The position numbers were made by a program, and so were the translations under genes. The notes beneath the pieces are model-generated. The model was not told the DNA's origin. It made no database searches and worked only from the letters and a program-made list of their open reading frames with translations. This document shows, piece by piece, positions 51,690 to 64,000 of a stretch of DNA of 64,000 bases (position 1 is its first letter; the number at the start of each line of letters is the position of its first letter). The DNA comes from Camelus ferus (Eukaryota). Location of the stretch: assembly GCF_009834535.1 (NCBI RefSeq), contig NC_045697.1, forward strand, positions 52,082,001-52,146,000, given 5' to 3'.

Positions 51690-52310
51690 AACTTTCTTTG
51701 AATTTTTTATAAAAATATATGTACAGAAAAGTACACAAATTTATAGCTCAAGGTGTTTTTTACAAAGTGAAATTAGCTGTACTAATTAGCTGTACATCCT
51801 TGTAATTAGCTGTACTCATTCCAGGAAATAGACTATCATTAGAACCCTCAGAAATCCCCTGCCTTCTCCCAATTACTAAATCTCAAAAGGTAAGCATTAT
51901 TCCTGACTTTTAAATCCATGTATTAAGTTTGTTTTTGTTGTTGTTTGTCTGGTTTTTTTGTTTACTTGAAATAGAATCATCAGTAGGTACTCCTGTGTAT
52001 TTGGCTTCCTTTACTCAACACTTCTGTTGTAAAATTCATGTTGTTGCATTAACAATAGTTTATCCTAATTGTATGTTATTCCATCATTCAAATATGTCAC
52101 AATTTATTTATTGTCCTAATGTTGATAGAAATTTGAGTTATTTCTAGTTTCTGACTATTACAAATGACGTTATTATGAATATGTTGTGTGAACATATATA
52201 CATACTTATATTGGAAGTAAAATTACTGGTTCATAGGATATGAAACTATTCACCTTAAATACCACCAGATAGTTTTTTAAACAATTATAAAAAATTATTC
52301 TATATTATGC
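51690..52310 (-). mobile_element. Old L1 (L1MD/ME-like) 3' end
   Basis: tacagaaaagtacacaaat...ggcttcctttactcaaca...gagttatttctagtttctgactattacaaat. Confidence 0.8.
51770..51816. repeat. Local triplication of aattagctgtac
   Basis: Three copies within 47 bp. Confidence 0.9.
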
Positions 52311-52906
52311 AGTTGCTATGGCTGGTAAGTTCCTACCAGATCTGACCCTTACAGACATAATAATTATAAATGCTGGGAAAATACAAGTATACAATTACCT
52401 GAAGGTGTTGATAAATGAAGGAAATCAGGCAGATCCTAGAGGGGAGTAAATCTTTGGGAGAAGGAAATAGAAAAGAGTGAGCTAACATTGTATTTCTTCT
52501 AGTCTGAGGCCAGGCTGAAATTTGCACTGCTTGGAATGGCCAGAATTGATAGAAATCTTGCAAGTTTTCAAATCTGAACAGAGAACAATTTGGTGCAAGA
52601 GCTAGTGGAAAATTTAAGAGGATTCTCAGAAGGGAAAGCACTTGTCTCTTGCCAACTCCATGCATGCTTAAAGCATTCTTTAAAAGGCCCACTGGGTAAT
52701 AAAATATCTAAACTGAGACTTCAGCAGCCTAAATTTTCAGTTTAAGCAAATCCAAGTATATTGCCAACAACAACAAAAAATTCTTTGGAGAATTTTTAAC
52801 AAAATCTAGAGTTGCTATAACATTCACAATGTTAAAAATACAACCCAAAATGACTCAACAAACAAAAGAGCAGGAAAATGTAACCAATTCTCAAGAGAAA
52901 GATATC

Positions 52907-53027
52907 AAATGTGACAATGAATATACGTATGTTCGTGTATAACTGAAAAATTGTGCTCTACACTGGAATTTGACACAACATTGTAAAATGACTATAACTC
53001 AATAAAAAAATGTAAAAAAAAAAAAAA
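52907..53027 (+). mobile_element. Young lineage-specific L1 3' end (same subfamily as 18788-18960)
   Basis: 73-bp run identical to 18870-18942; A14 tail; TSD-like aagagaaaga/aagagagaga. Confidence 0.9.
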
Positions 53028-53898
53028 GAGAGAGAGAGGAGGATAATTCAAAAACCAAGCCAGAAAGACATTTATTGAACCTAGCAGATAAGGATTTTAA
53101 AGCAGCTATGAAAACTCATTAATGTAGAGGAAAATATGCTCACAGTGAATAAAAGGTAAAAAAAAGTCTCAGAGCAATAGTAACTGTAAAGAAAAACCAA
53201 ATATAAATTATGAAAGTACAGTATTTGAAAAAAAAAACAGGATTAACAACAGAATGTGGATAACAAAGTCAAACTGAAGATAGATCAATAGAAATCATGT
53301 AACATAAAGAGTAAAAATATTGAAAAACAATGAACAGAGTCTTGGAGACACGTGGGACAATATCACAGAATCCATCAGGCATTTAAATGGAATCTGAAAA
53401 GAGAGAGATAGTGAGGCAGGAAATAATAATGGATGGAATTTTCCCAATTTGTTAAAGACTAGTATTTACAGATTGGAAAAGCTCAATGAATCTCAAGTAG
53501 GGTAAATATAAACAAAACCTTCCTAAGTACATCACACTGGCTAAGAAAAACAAAGATTAAGAGAAAATTATCAAGGCAGTAAAACAACTGACAGATAAGG
53601 GAGAATAAAGATACAAATCCAAACGTCTCATCAGAAGCTATGGGTATCAGAAGATGGTGAAGCATCTTTAAAAGCTGAAAGAAAAAAATCTGCCAATCTA
53701 GATGTTTCTATCCCCCAAAATATGTCTCAAGAATGAAGAGAAAATAGATTTAAATAAAAGAAAAGAAGTATTATTCACCAGAACTGGTCTACGAGAAATA
53801 GTAAGTTCCTCAGACTGAATGGAAAGTATACCAGGTAGAAACTCAGGTCTTTATGAAGGAAAGGACAGCACTGATGAAGGGGAACATCCAGGTGAGTA

Positions 53899-54099
53899 CA
53901 GTTAACCCTCGAACAACATCAAAAATCTGCTCCGGCCCTCCACGCGCTCAAAAACCTGCATATAACTGTACAGTCAGCCCTCCGTATCCAGGGTTACACA
54001 TTTGTGGATTCGACGAACCATGAATTGTGTACTTAGTGAAAAACATCCACAAATAAGTAGACCTGCACAGTTCAAACTTGCGTTGTTCAGAAGTCCACT
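53899..54099 (-). mobile_element. MER8/Tigger2-type transposon
   Basis: ta-cagttaaccctcgaacaac ... gttgttcagaagtccact-ta. Confidence 0.8.
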
Positions 54100-55961
54100 T
54101 ATGTAATATTTTTAAATTACTTTAAAATACATAGAAATATTTACAGCTAAAGTTTTTCATTATTTTAAGATACAGTAAAAATATTTAAAATATTACTTAA
54201 AGCAAATATTATCATCATTTGAAGTTTTAAGTGTATGTATACATAATGCATACAACCACTATAACATAAAAGATAATTGGATATATATAGTTGTAAAATT
54301 TCTACATTTTTATACTTTATTTTTTTATGTTCCTTTTTCTCTCATTTTGAATACATTTGCAGTGATCAACTATTTTATTTCATTTATATAATCTTACACT
54401 AATTTTAGTGATTACCTGAAATAACACGCATGTTTGTCCTATTATAGCAATAAGGACTAAATAATAATAATAATAAAATACATAAAATAAAGTAATAGTA
54501 CTAAATAAAGTAGTATTCATGCCACTTCTCAGACAGCACTAGAAATTTAGAACATCTCACACATACTACACATCCAGTAAATGCTCATTCAGGGGTATTA
54601 CGGTGATTCATTTCCTCTTCAGTAGCATCACATTGTTTCCACGAGGACACAATCATCTAGTTGGTTGTGGGAGGGTTAGTACAAAAAATATTCTAAGGAT
54701 ATTTTTTAATCACCAGCACCTTTTTCTGTTTCTTTCTCTCCAAATGACATTTCCATGCTTCACAAGATTTCTTCTGACAGAAAGCAAGCCCATTCAACAG
54801 CAAATTCAAACAAACTTGAGTAAGTATCTCCCCTAGCACAAGTATTTGCCGAAAAAAGCAAAACTTCAGAGCAAGGACGATGCTTACCTAATGCAAAATA
54901 ATCACTCCCATCTGATAAACCATCAGACACTGAAATAGATTGGCAAACCATTTTGGGGGCAGAGGGAGGGGGGCCTAGTACATTTCGAGCATTCCTAGTA
55001 CACCTCAAGCAACACTCTGTACACAACTGCATACATTCTACTCAAAAAGTCAGGTCTAATCTCTAGAATTTTCATGAAAAGTAGATCCAAGCTGTATTAT
55101 TTTTCTCTGTCTAAATTTAAGCAATTTAAGGACCTCTAATATGCTCTATATACTAAATGGAGTATATTAAAGATACAGTTCTTCTAATGTGTTTATTGTC
55201 AGGCCATTTGGGTTTTTTTAATTTTACCATTTTAACTAACAAGAGATTACTTTGAAATACAACTTATGTATTGACTTATTAAAAATATCAATCCTTTACG
55301 CTGGAGGAATTGTTTCACTTTTATATGTGAGAAAAAGAACTGAATTCTCATACACCAACTTTTTCAAAAATCATTAAAACAAGACAATAGATAATGGTTA
55401 AAAATATTATAGCTTTTGCATTTTGTCAAGTGTTTTAAAGGTTTAGTATTAAGGCCATTTTCTATGCTTTTGACAGGAAATAAATACCATTCTGTGAAGT
55501 CTCTGAAGTAAAATAATCCATAAGCTAATAGACCCTCTGACTGTCAAACAATGTGCAAAATGATTGTCCTCATACTCCCACAAGTTGAAAACCTGGGACC
55601 AATTTGACATTAAGGATTGGTCCTTGCAGAACAATTAGCCATCTGCTTCTCCAGCAGAGAACCAAGTCAACTTGTATAGAAATCAGTAACCCTGCTGGAA
55701 ATAAGCCCAGGCTGTGGCTTAGCGTGTTTATCAAAAATAGTGAAACTTTAACTTTTTCTTTTTTTATAAGGTCAAGCAAGATCACTCTCTACTTTAATGG
55801 TTGGAGCAGCCATCAAGGAAGTTTGACTACCAAACTGAAATTCCACTCAAAATCTTAACCAATATAGAAAGAGTCATTTTATTTTGTTCATTGCTATGCT
55901 TCTGCCTGTTAGCAGAGGATAAAACAATGCACTTAACATATCAAAGCAGGCATTCCTTGGG

Positions 55962-56181
55962 TTGTACTCTCCAATATGCTAGCCACTAGCCACGTGATGC
56001 TATGTAAATTTAAACTTATATTTAAATAAATCAAAACTAAATAGAATTTAATATTCAGTTCTTCAGTCACACTAGCTGTGTCTTTAGTGTGTAACAGCCA
56101 TATGTGGTTAGTGGCTACAGTGTTAGGCAGCATGTATTTTAAAGTATCTTCATCACCACAGATTTTTTCTGAACTGCACTG
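55962..56181 (-). mobile_element. MER3 (hAT-Charlie)
   Basis: tccaatatgctagccactagccacgtg...ttcagttcttcagtcacactagc...gtggttagtggctac. Confidence 0.85.
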
Positions 56182-56279
56182 CCTTGAAGATCAAGATTCA
56201 ACTAACAGAGCTGAGTTTAAAAAAAAAAAAAAACCAGTAGCATACTTCCCCTCTCCCTGTGACTATAATTTTCTGTATT

Positions 56280-56910
56280 AGTTATTCAGTCAAAAATATT
56301 TATTGGATACTTATTATATGCCAGGTGCTATTCTAAACATGGGACATAAAGTAGTGAAAAAGAAAGTCAAGTTCTCTGCCCTTATAGCTTCTACCATCTA
56401 GAGGAAGGGAAGAGTAAAGGAAAATTCAAGCAACCAAATAAACCAAGGATGCATTAGCGAGCACTACATCACAAATGAAATAGGACGACGTCACGGAGAG
56501 TCACTAGAAGCAGCAGCAGGGCAGGGCTGCGGCAGGAGACACTCTAATGTTAGAAAAGGCAGGCCTCTCTAAAGGGGTTACATTCAGAGTGAAACCTGAG
56601 TGGCAAAAGGGAACCCACCGTGCAAAAGCCTTGGGAAAGAACACTCCCTATAAAGGGAACGGCTGCTGCAAAGGCTGTAAGAGCAAGGCCTGGCCCACCC
56701 TCCACTGTTCGAGGGCTCATATGGCTAAAAGGAGATGAAACAGGGACGAATAGGACCAGACAGGGTCACAAACAAGCAGGGCCAAGTAACCCAGGCTCCC
56801 ACAGGCTATTGTAAGGGTGTGTGTCTGTTTCTAAGTGTGGTGGGAAGTCATCGGAGCATTTCCAGCAGGGCTGTGACCTGATTTTACATGGCAGCTCTCA
56901 TGGTTCTCGT
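56280..56910 (-). mobile_element. L2a 3' region
   Basis: attcagtcaaaaatatttattggatacttattatatgccaggtgctattctaa...gggaagtcatcggagcatttccagcaggg. Confidence 0.85.
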
Positions 56911-57119
56911 GTGTATTTTGTCCTTTAGCTGAACAACACAGACTCACTCATGGACTCACGCTTTACAGCTGGCATCTGCTTAACTTATTCCCTAAACTGT
57001 TAGGGAGTCCTGGCCACAGAGTCAGCCTTCAAATGATCAACCCCTAAAGGAATTTAATGTTGTTATTTATATTTTCTCAACCGCAAAAATACCATTGCCA
57101 GCTCAGGATACAGCTCCAA

Positions 57120-57300
57120 TGACAGAGACGTACTACCTGCTCCACTGCTTGCCAGTCATGTGATGCTGCATGAGCTATAAAATGTCCATGAACCTCATTT
57201 TCCTCATCTATAACACAGGGTGTAAAACCTGCAAGAGTTATCACACAAAAGTATAAGAAGAAAAATAATCTAACTGCTATGTGAAATTAAAGATTTTACA
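57120..57300 (+). mobile_element. MIR SINE
   Basis: catgtgatgctgcatgagcta...gaacctcattttcctcatctataacacaggg. Confidence 0.65.
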
Positions 57301-57919
57301 CAGTCTTTTACATCTTCATCCTATCACAGCCTCATACTCCAGGTTGAGTTTCGAACATTAAAATATTTTTAAAGTTCTAAGTTTAGGAATGTGTGTGAGC
57401 TCTCACCAATATAAATCAGCCTAACTAAGAGTTATATACTGTAATTTTATCCTCCAAAATGCATATTGAAGTCCCAAGAAAGATAGAGGGGAATGAACAT
57501 TAATCATTTTGATATGTCTCCCAAACAGTTATATGAAATTCCTACAAAGTTATTAGTTATTTTAACCTAGAAAATACTCAACTTAGTCCCTTAAAAACTG
57601 TATGTATGATGGAATATTCTCTCAAATATGAGATGAAGTGCTAGCAAATAAATATCTACAATCTAAGCCATCAGTTTGACATGAAATTAACATTTTGGAT
57701 TCATATCATTTTCAAGTTCAACATATTTCTTTCAGTTGATAATTAATAACCAGCTAGACACATTTGCATTCATGTTCTTCTTTTATTGTCTTTGCTTATA
57801 AGCAGAAATGAAAACAACATTCTTTTGGAATGTCAGGGAAGTGGAAGTATGTTTCCTGAGGCTACTACAGATTTCTGTTTTGCTCTTTAGTTCATAGGCC
57901 ATCGCATCTTGAGCACTTT

Positions 57920-58005
57920 TTAATTAACCTTTCTTTCATTTTTATATTTTTTTATTGAAATATAGTTGATTTACAGTATTGTATTAGTTACAGGTGTACA
58001 GCATA
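57920..58005 (-). mobile_element. Tiny L1 3' tail insertion
   Basis: T-rich tail plus ttgaaatatagttgatttacagtattgtattagttacaggtgtacagcata; TSD tgagcacttt (57910-57919) / tgagtacttt (58006-58015). Confidence 0.8.
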
Positions 58006-58214
58006 TGAGTACTTTAAATGACTTCAAATATAAACATCTTTTATAATCTATCAAGGTCAAGTAATATATTTCTGTCGCATTCTATGAAAACTTTAAGAAT
58101 CCTATATATTCTATTTATAATCTTTCCACATATCTCACAATACATTAGAGCCAAGAATAGCTTCTCACTCCATCTCTCCAATGTCATAGATATTTGCATT
58201 TTAACAAATTCTGT

Positions 58215-58400
58215 TTCAAGTGGTTTCAAATATTAACTTATTTAATCCCCACATCAACTGTGGTAGGTACTACTACTGTCTTTACTACTGAGAGAAAAAA
58301 TGAAAATTGAAGTCAAATAACTTGCCTAAGAGTAAACAGCTAGGAAACGACAAAGCTGGATTTGAACCCAATCCTTCTGCACTCTTAACCTCTACCCTAA
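58215..58400 (-). mobile_element. MIR SINE
   Basis: tatttaatccccacatcaactgtggtaggtactactact...aataacttgcctaag...ggatttgaaccca. Confidence 0.85.
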
Positions 58401-59834
58401 AATGTTCTATATTTGATCGAGACACAGAATCATATTATGAAAATCAGAGTCAGAGAATAAGTGTAGAAAGACTAACCAAAGTCAATTTAGTCATATCTTA
58501 GGTTCTTTTTGGCAAATGTCAGTATTTAAAGGCAACTGATAGATACAGATCACTTCTTCATTAGCCTCCCTACCAGGTCACAGTGAGGGCAAGTCTGACA
58601 AAATAATGTCACATATATGGGCATTTATTATCAAATAAGAACAGAGCAGCCATAAAGCCCAGCTCTTTTCCTTTTATTGTTGCAGCAGCACCTGTATAAA
58701 TGGTACATCCCAGTAACAGTGACAATACTCTTGACACAAACTCTGATAAATTACCAGGTCAGAAGCAGGAGTCCAGGAAAACTGTGAATCTGTGGCTGAG
58801 CCCAGAATTATTTGAGAGTCAATGACTGAGTTCACAAGATCCTTATATCCCATCTCTGCAAGAGTAAGAGTCCATCTACATTATTTCTGGCCAATCTATT
58901 TATCATGAATATTGTAAATTTCACCCATCAAAAGCCACACCTACCATCAGCTAAGCTAACAGCTAACGCCTTTGGTGAGTATCAGGTGTGGAAATAGCTG
59001 AAACACTGTAGCAGCGTCCTCAAGAGGCTCTTAGAACTAATGCTAGCTGACCACCTGTCACATCTGTAGCCCCTATTAGAGAAGGTGACATCTTCTAAGG
59101 TAGTAATTAAAATTTATGGAGACTATCAATGCTGAGGTATTTTAAAAATAAATTCTAAAACTTCTATTAGGTTTGTCTCTCATTTCCCTTAATTCTGGGA
59201 TCAGGCAGTGCCAGTGTTAAATACCCACTAAGTAAACTAAGTGTGTGCCTAAGGTGCCAGCAAAGCGGAGGTTTCCCCCAGAATAACAATTTTCAGAGAA
59301 GTTAACATTTGGTATTTTTTTAAAAGCTTTAAAATAGTCAACAAGTGTTTTGATTCAATTTGCCATATGATTTTATGGTTAAAGAAAAAAAAAAACCAAA
59401 ACAATGGTATGGAGGAATACGGCCTTGGCCTAGCACATCGGGTCTTTAACAATCATAATCCAGGTCTAGGAAACACTATCTGACCAAACTCACACAAGCA
59501 TAAAATCCCACACACGTACATTTATCCAGTGTGGTTCTGCATTGCTTTCATGGATCTCTGTTTCTTAGTTACAGTTTCCTTTTACTTCATGTGACTTTGT
59601 AACAGTGACAGATAGGCTCTCCGGGAGTAAGTTAACATAAGATGTGTAACTTTTTAATAACTTTATTTTGTTTTGTTTTTATAGAAAAGAAGATGCCTCT
59701 ATTTTAAGAGGAAGTACAAATTTGTCCCAGGAGACACAATGAGAAAACAATTTTTTTCTTTTTCAGGAAGTACATGGAAAGACCAAGTTTTCCTTTGTTG
59801 GCAATAGAGAGATTAAATGATAAATGGATTGTGT

Positions 59835-60905
59835 AATAAAAAGACAAATAATACAAAATAGGCAAAAGACCTGAATAGACACTTGAGAAAAAAAAGATAC
59901 AAATGACCAATATGCACATGAAAAGAGTGCTCAACATCATTGCTCCTCAGGAAAATATAAACTAAAACCGTCATGCTACACCACTACCATCCCGCCACAA
60001 AGGCTAAAACTTAAAAGGCTGAAAATATCAGACAGTGACAAGGATATGGAACAATGGAACTCTCACATATTGTTTGTGGGAGTGTACATGACATAACCAC
60101 TTTGGAAAATTATTTGTAACTTAATAAAATGAAACATTCACCTATCACAAGACTTATTAGCAAGTCCATTTTAGATATTTGTCCAAGTAATACAGAAAAG
60201 AACTGTTTACAGAAATACTTGAATGATAATATGCAAAGCCAATTTGTAATAGCCAAAATCTGAAAGAAGCCCAAGTGTTCAACAGAACAAGAATGAGTAA
60301 ACAAACTCCTTTATATTACTGGCAATAAAAGTTAAAGCATTACTGATACATCCAACAACACAATGAATCTCAAAAGCTGCCTGAAAGGGTCTGACAGGAA
60401 AGAGTGCATCTGTGATTCCTTTTATCTGTAATTCTATAAGTAACCTATGGTGGAAAAAATAATCATAACACTAGTAGCCTCAGGATAGAGAATGAGGAAT
60501 TGACTGAGTATAAAGGAACTTTCTGGAATGACAATAATATTCTATATCTTAATAGGAGTTTGAGTTACACAGGTCAAAATGTAGTCAATGTACACTTCAG
60601 ATTTATACATTTAATTACACACAAGTTTTACATCAAAAGAAAAACTAAATAAATATCAAACTCTAATAAATTTCATTCTGAATTATTCAAAGGGAATTGT
60701 AGAGAGGTCTTTAGTTTTCGTTGAAATATGCTAAAAAATAAGATAGAAGAATAGATGGATAAAGAGAAAAGCAAGTACATAGATATGTGATAAAAAAACA
60801 AGCACAGCAGAATGTTAATGGGAAAATCTAGGTGCTGAATATGTAAGTGCTGTAATGTTAAAATCTTTTCATTTTGCTCTATGTGTGAAAGTTTTTATAA
60901 TAAAT
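59835..60905 (+). mobile_element. L1MC-like 3' end
   Basis: ORF2 end, then 3'UTR ggaactttctggaatgacaataatattctatatctt...aatctaggtgctgaatatg...tttttataataaa. Confidence 0.85.
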
Positions 60906-60934
60906 CCAAAATACAGAGCCTTTATAATATTTAC

Positions 60935-61560
60935 AATCTATTCATTCAACAAATACTTTTGAGCACTGAATGAGGATCAAATATTATTCAAGATCTCAGA
61001 AATATGGAAATAAATAAACAAAAAAATCTTCACTCTGATGAAGCATACATTTCTACTCTAGAGAGAAATGATTACTAAATAGATACATAGGTAATATATA
61101 AGGTGGTGAGAAATTCTAAGAAAAATAATGCAAAATAAGGGAAGAAGTTGCAGTTTAGACACTGTTAATGGGAAAAGAATCTCTGATATGGTCACATCTC
61201 AGTGGGAACCTAATGAAGGGAGGGGATTTATCTGGGTTAATGGCATTCCAGACAGAGGCAACAGCAAATGAGAAGGCTTTGAAGTGACTGTGTATATGGC
61301 CTATTGGAAAAAGTGCTCCAGTGTGGCTGAAGCAAAGCAGAAATGAGATCGAAAATAAGATCAGAGAGATGAGGTAAGCAGAAGGATAGGGTAGAGGAGA
61401 AGCTTATGTAGGGCTTATACACCATGGTTAGAAATTCAAATTTTATTTTGAGTAATATGGGAAGCCACTAAAAGGTTTTGAACAAAGGACCTCTGGGTTG
61501 ATCCTTTTAAAATCTAAGTCAGATTCTAACTGTTATCTTGGTAATAAGACTAGAAGGAGA
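60935..61560 (-). mobile_element. L2a 3' region
   Basis: ttcattcaacaaatactttttgagcac...cattccagacagaggcaacagcaaatgagaagg...gggaagccactaaaaggttttgaaca. Confidence 0.9.
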
Positions 61561-61631
61561 CAGTTTTGATAATACAGTGGAGAACAGTTCAGTCTCTACA
61601 CAGCCAAAGTCCGGTCAAAAATAAAAGTGTT

Positions 61632-64000
61632 GGGGAGTGACACCACCAAGATGGCATCACAGGTTGTTCCTGACTTTGCACTCCATCACAAGAGGAACAA
61701 GTAACAACTATTCAGAATGTAACACCACTCAGAGTGTCCTAGAACACAGGGGTAGGGTTGAAGCACCTCCCTGCACCACAGAAACCAAGACAGACTACAT
61801 CAGAAGGGTAAGAAAATGGCTACATATTGACTGAATTGCCCTTCCCCCCGGCCAGCACAGCACCACAGGGAGAAGTCTCCCTTGCACCTCCAGTTCCTCC
61901 AGTGGGAAAAGAGAACCTAGGGCCAGCGACAACCAGCAGCACTGCCCCCCACCCCCAGCACTGTGGGTCACTTTGTGGGAGCCCCTGCTCTGATCTCACA
62001 ACACAGGGATTGCAAGGGAATCTGCAGGGCTCAATCACTGGGAATCTGACTGTGACAGGGAAGAGTGAAGGACTTGAAACAACCAGCACAGGAAGATTGG
62101 CAGAGTTCGTATCTGCAGTGCCCAAGTAGTAGTCCCAACCAGAAGCTTTGCTCATCTGTAGAACCAAGTCAGGGTGCACTCTGACCAAGAATTCAACAGG
62201 GTACAGATCTGCCTGATTTGGATTCTCAACAAGTTTTGCTGGCCCTAGGGCATGGAGTATCATGCCTAGGCAAGGAGCTGAATCACAGCCCCACCAACTG
62301 CAAAGAATGTCTTCTGGCCCTGTCTGACCAGAAGGGCTGGAAGAAAACTCCAGCAGCACTCAAGCTGAGAAGTGGACAGGCAGAGCCAATAAGCAGCTTG
62401 AGCGAAACAAGGAAGAGCTTTATCAGCTTTAGCGCTGCTTCTCCTGTTACACTTGCACAGGAAATTGAATTCGTAGCCCTGCTCATTGCTGAATACAGCC
62501 TTCTGCCTTTCTGGCCAAAGAAAGCACACAAGAGCAAACAAGAAGATGCACAGTCCACTCATGAGCTCTATGTACAGTAAAATTTGAACACAGAGCATAG
62601 AGAATGGCTTCTCCCACCTGCAGAGAAAAACCTGTGGTCTCACCTGACTAGGGAATTCAGTGCACACCTCCTGATTTAAAACTGTATGATAAAGCTATGG
62701 TTATCAAAACAGTATGATACAGGCATAAAAATAAACAAACAGACCAATGGAACAGAAGAGAGACCAGAAATCAACTCAAGCATATACAATCAACTAATAC
62801 TTGTCAAGGGAACAAAGAATACTCAATAGAGAAAAGATACTTTCTTCAATAGATGGCACTGGGATAATTGGATAATCACATGTAAAAGAATAAAACTGAA
62901 CCGACCCATATCTTACACTACTCACAAAAATTAACTCAAAATGGATTAAAGAGTTAAATGTTAGACCTGATATCATGAAACTCCTAGAAGAAAACTTAGG
63001 AGTAAAACTCCTTGATATGGGCCTTGGTAATGAATTTTTGGATATAGCTAAAGTACAAGCAACAAAATCAGAAACAAATGGGACTACATAAAACTAAAAA
63101 GCTCTGCAAAGCAAAAGAAACTATCAATGAAGTGAAAAGACAACCTGCAGAATGGGAAAAAAATATTTGCAAACCATGTATCTGATAAGGGTTTAATATT
63201 CAAAATATATAAAGAACTCATACAACTCAATAGAAAACAGATTAATAACTCAGTTTAAAAAATAAGCAAAGGACCTAAAAAGACATTTCTTCAAAGAGAT
63301 ATCTAAAAGGTCAACAGTTAAATGAAAAGATGCTCAGCATCACTAGTCATTAAGGAAATGCAAATTAAAAGCACAATAAGGCATCATCTTATGCCTACTA
63401 GAATGGCCATCATCGAAAAACAAGGAATAACAAATGCTGGCATGGATGTTGAAAGAAGAGAACACTTGTGTACTGTTGATGGGATTGTAAGTTGGTACAA
63501 CCATTATGGGAAACAGTATAGAGGTTCCTCAAAAAGTTAAAAATAGAACTACTATATGATCTTGAAGTTCCATTTCTGGGAATATATCCAAGAGAAATAA
63601 AAACATTAACTTGAAGAGGTATCTACACCCTCCATGTTCCAGGAGTATTATTTATAATAGCCAACACATGGTAACAACCTACATATCCATCAATGAATAA
63701 ATGAGGAAAGAAGTTGTGATACACAAACACACACACACACACACACACAACACACACACTGGAGTATTATTCAGCCATGAACCATGGGGAAAGCCTACCA
63801 TTTGCAACAACGTGGATGGACACTGAAAGCATTACGCTAAGTAAGTTAAGTCAGACAAAGACAAATACTGTATGACCTCACTTATATGTGGAATCTAACA
63901 AAACAAAAACAAAACAAACTCATAGAGAAAGTGATCAGACTAATGATCAGAGGCAGAGAATGAGCGGAGATGGAATTGGAAGAAGCTGGTCAAAAGGTAC
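61632..64000 (+). mobile_element. L1 with ~1 kb of 5'UTR fused directly to the ORF2 C-terminus/3'UTR (runs off window)
   Basis: Starts ggggagtgacaccaccaagatggc (L1 5' end); junction at cacac (62663-62667) into ctcctgatttaaaactgtatgataaagc; ORF 63322-63540 MKRCSASLVIKEMQIKSTIRHHL. Confidence 0.85.
63721..63759. repeat. (CA)n microsatellite within L1
   Basis: Interrupted CA run. Confidence 0.95.

Larger units (their letters stand above)
52330..54310 (+). mobile_element. Old L1M 5' region/ORF1 with nested insertions
   Basis: cagataaggattttaaagcagctatg, gaagatagatcaatagaaatc, catctttaaaagctgaaagaaaaaaatctgccaatctag. Confidence 0.75.

Noticed and set aside
61637..62667. Cluster of the longest ORFs (up to 179 aa) on both strands
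   Set aside because: They lie in the GC-richer L1 5'UTR, where stops are rarer; no recognisable protein.

Overview
This is AT-rich, CpG-poor mammalian genomic DNA, not prokaryotic. The young LINE-1 3' ends, together with the absence of recognisable Alu, B1, Bov-A/BovB, PRE-1 or Can-SINE copies, suggest a camelid; this is an inference from recalled consensus sequences. I cannot confidently support any host protein-coding gene, RNA gene or CRISPR array. The supplied ORFs are LINE remnants or chance ORFs. More than half of the window is interspersed repeat: many L1 pieces of different ages, L2, MIR, a CR1/L3 fragment, solo LTRs (LTR33-like, LTR16/MLT1-like, MLT1A x2, a 1.29-kb ERV1-type LTR with CATC TSDs, a MER41-like LTR) and DNA-transposon relics (MER3 x2, MER5A, MER8 x3). 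The most notable hidden structure is a long, heavily decayed RTE-clade LINE on the minus strand (about 10800 to 2900). Its endonuclease and reverse-transcriptase motifs remain colinear across three blocks split by later L1/LTR insertions. Other oddities are a possible L1 3'-transduction or captured block (22.9-23.6 kb), a 36-bp inverted repeat beside an end-less L1 fragment (30.4-31.8 kb), rearranged or internally deleted L1s, and a plus-strand bias of LTRs and L1s that hints at an intron of a minus-strand gene. I found no convincing novel biological system. Family names are assigned by eye, and most boundaries are approximate.
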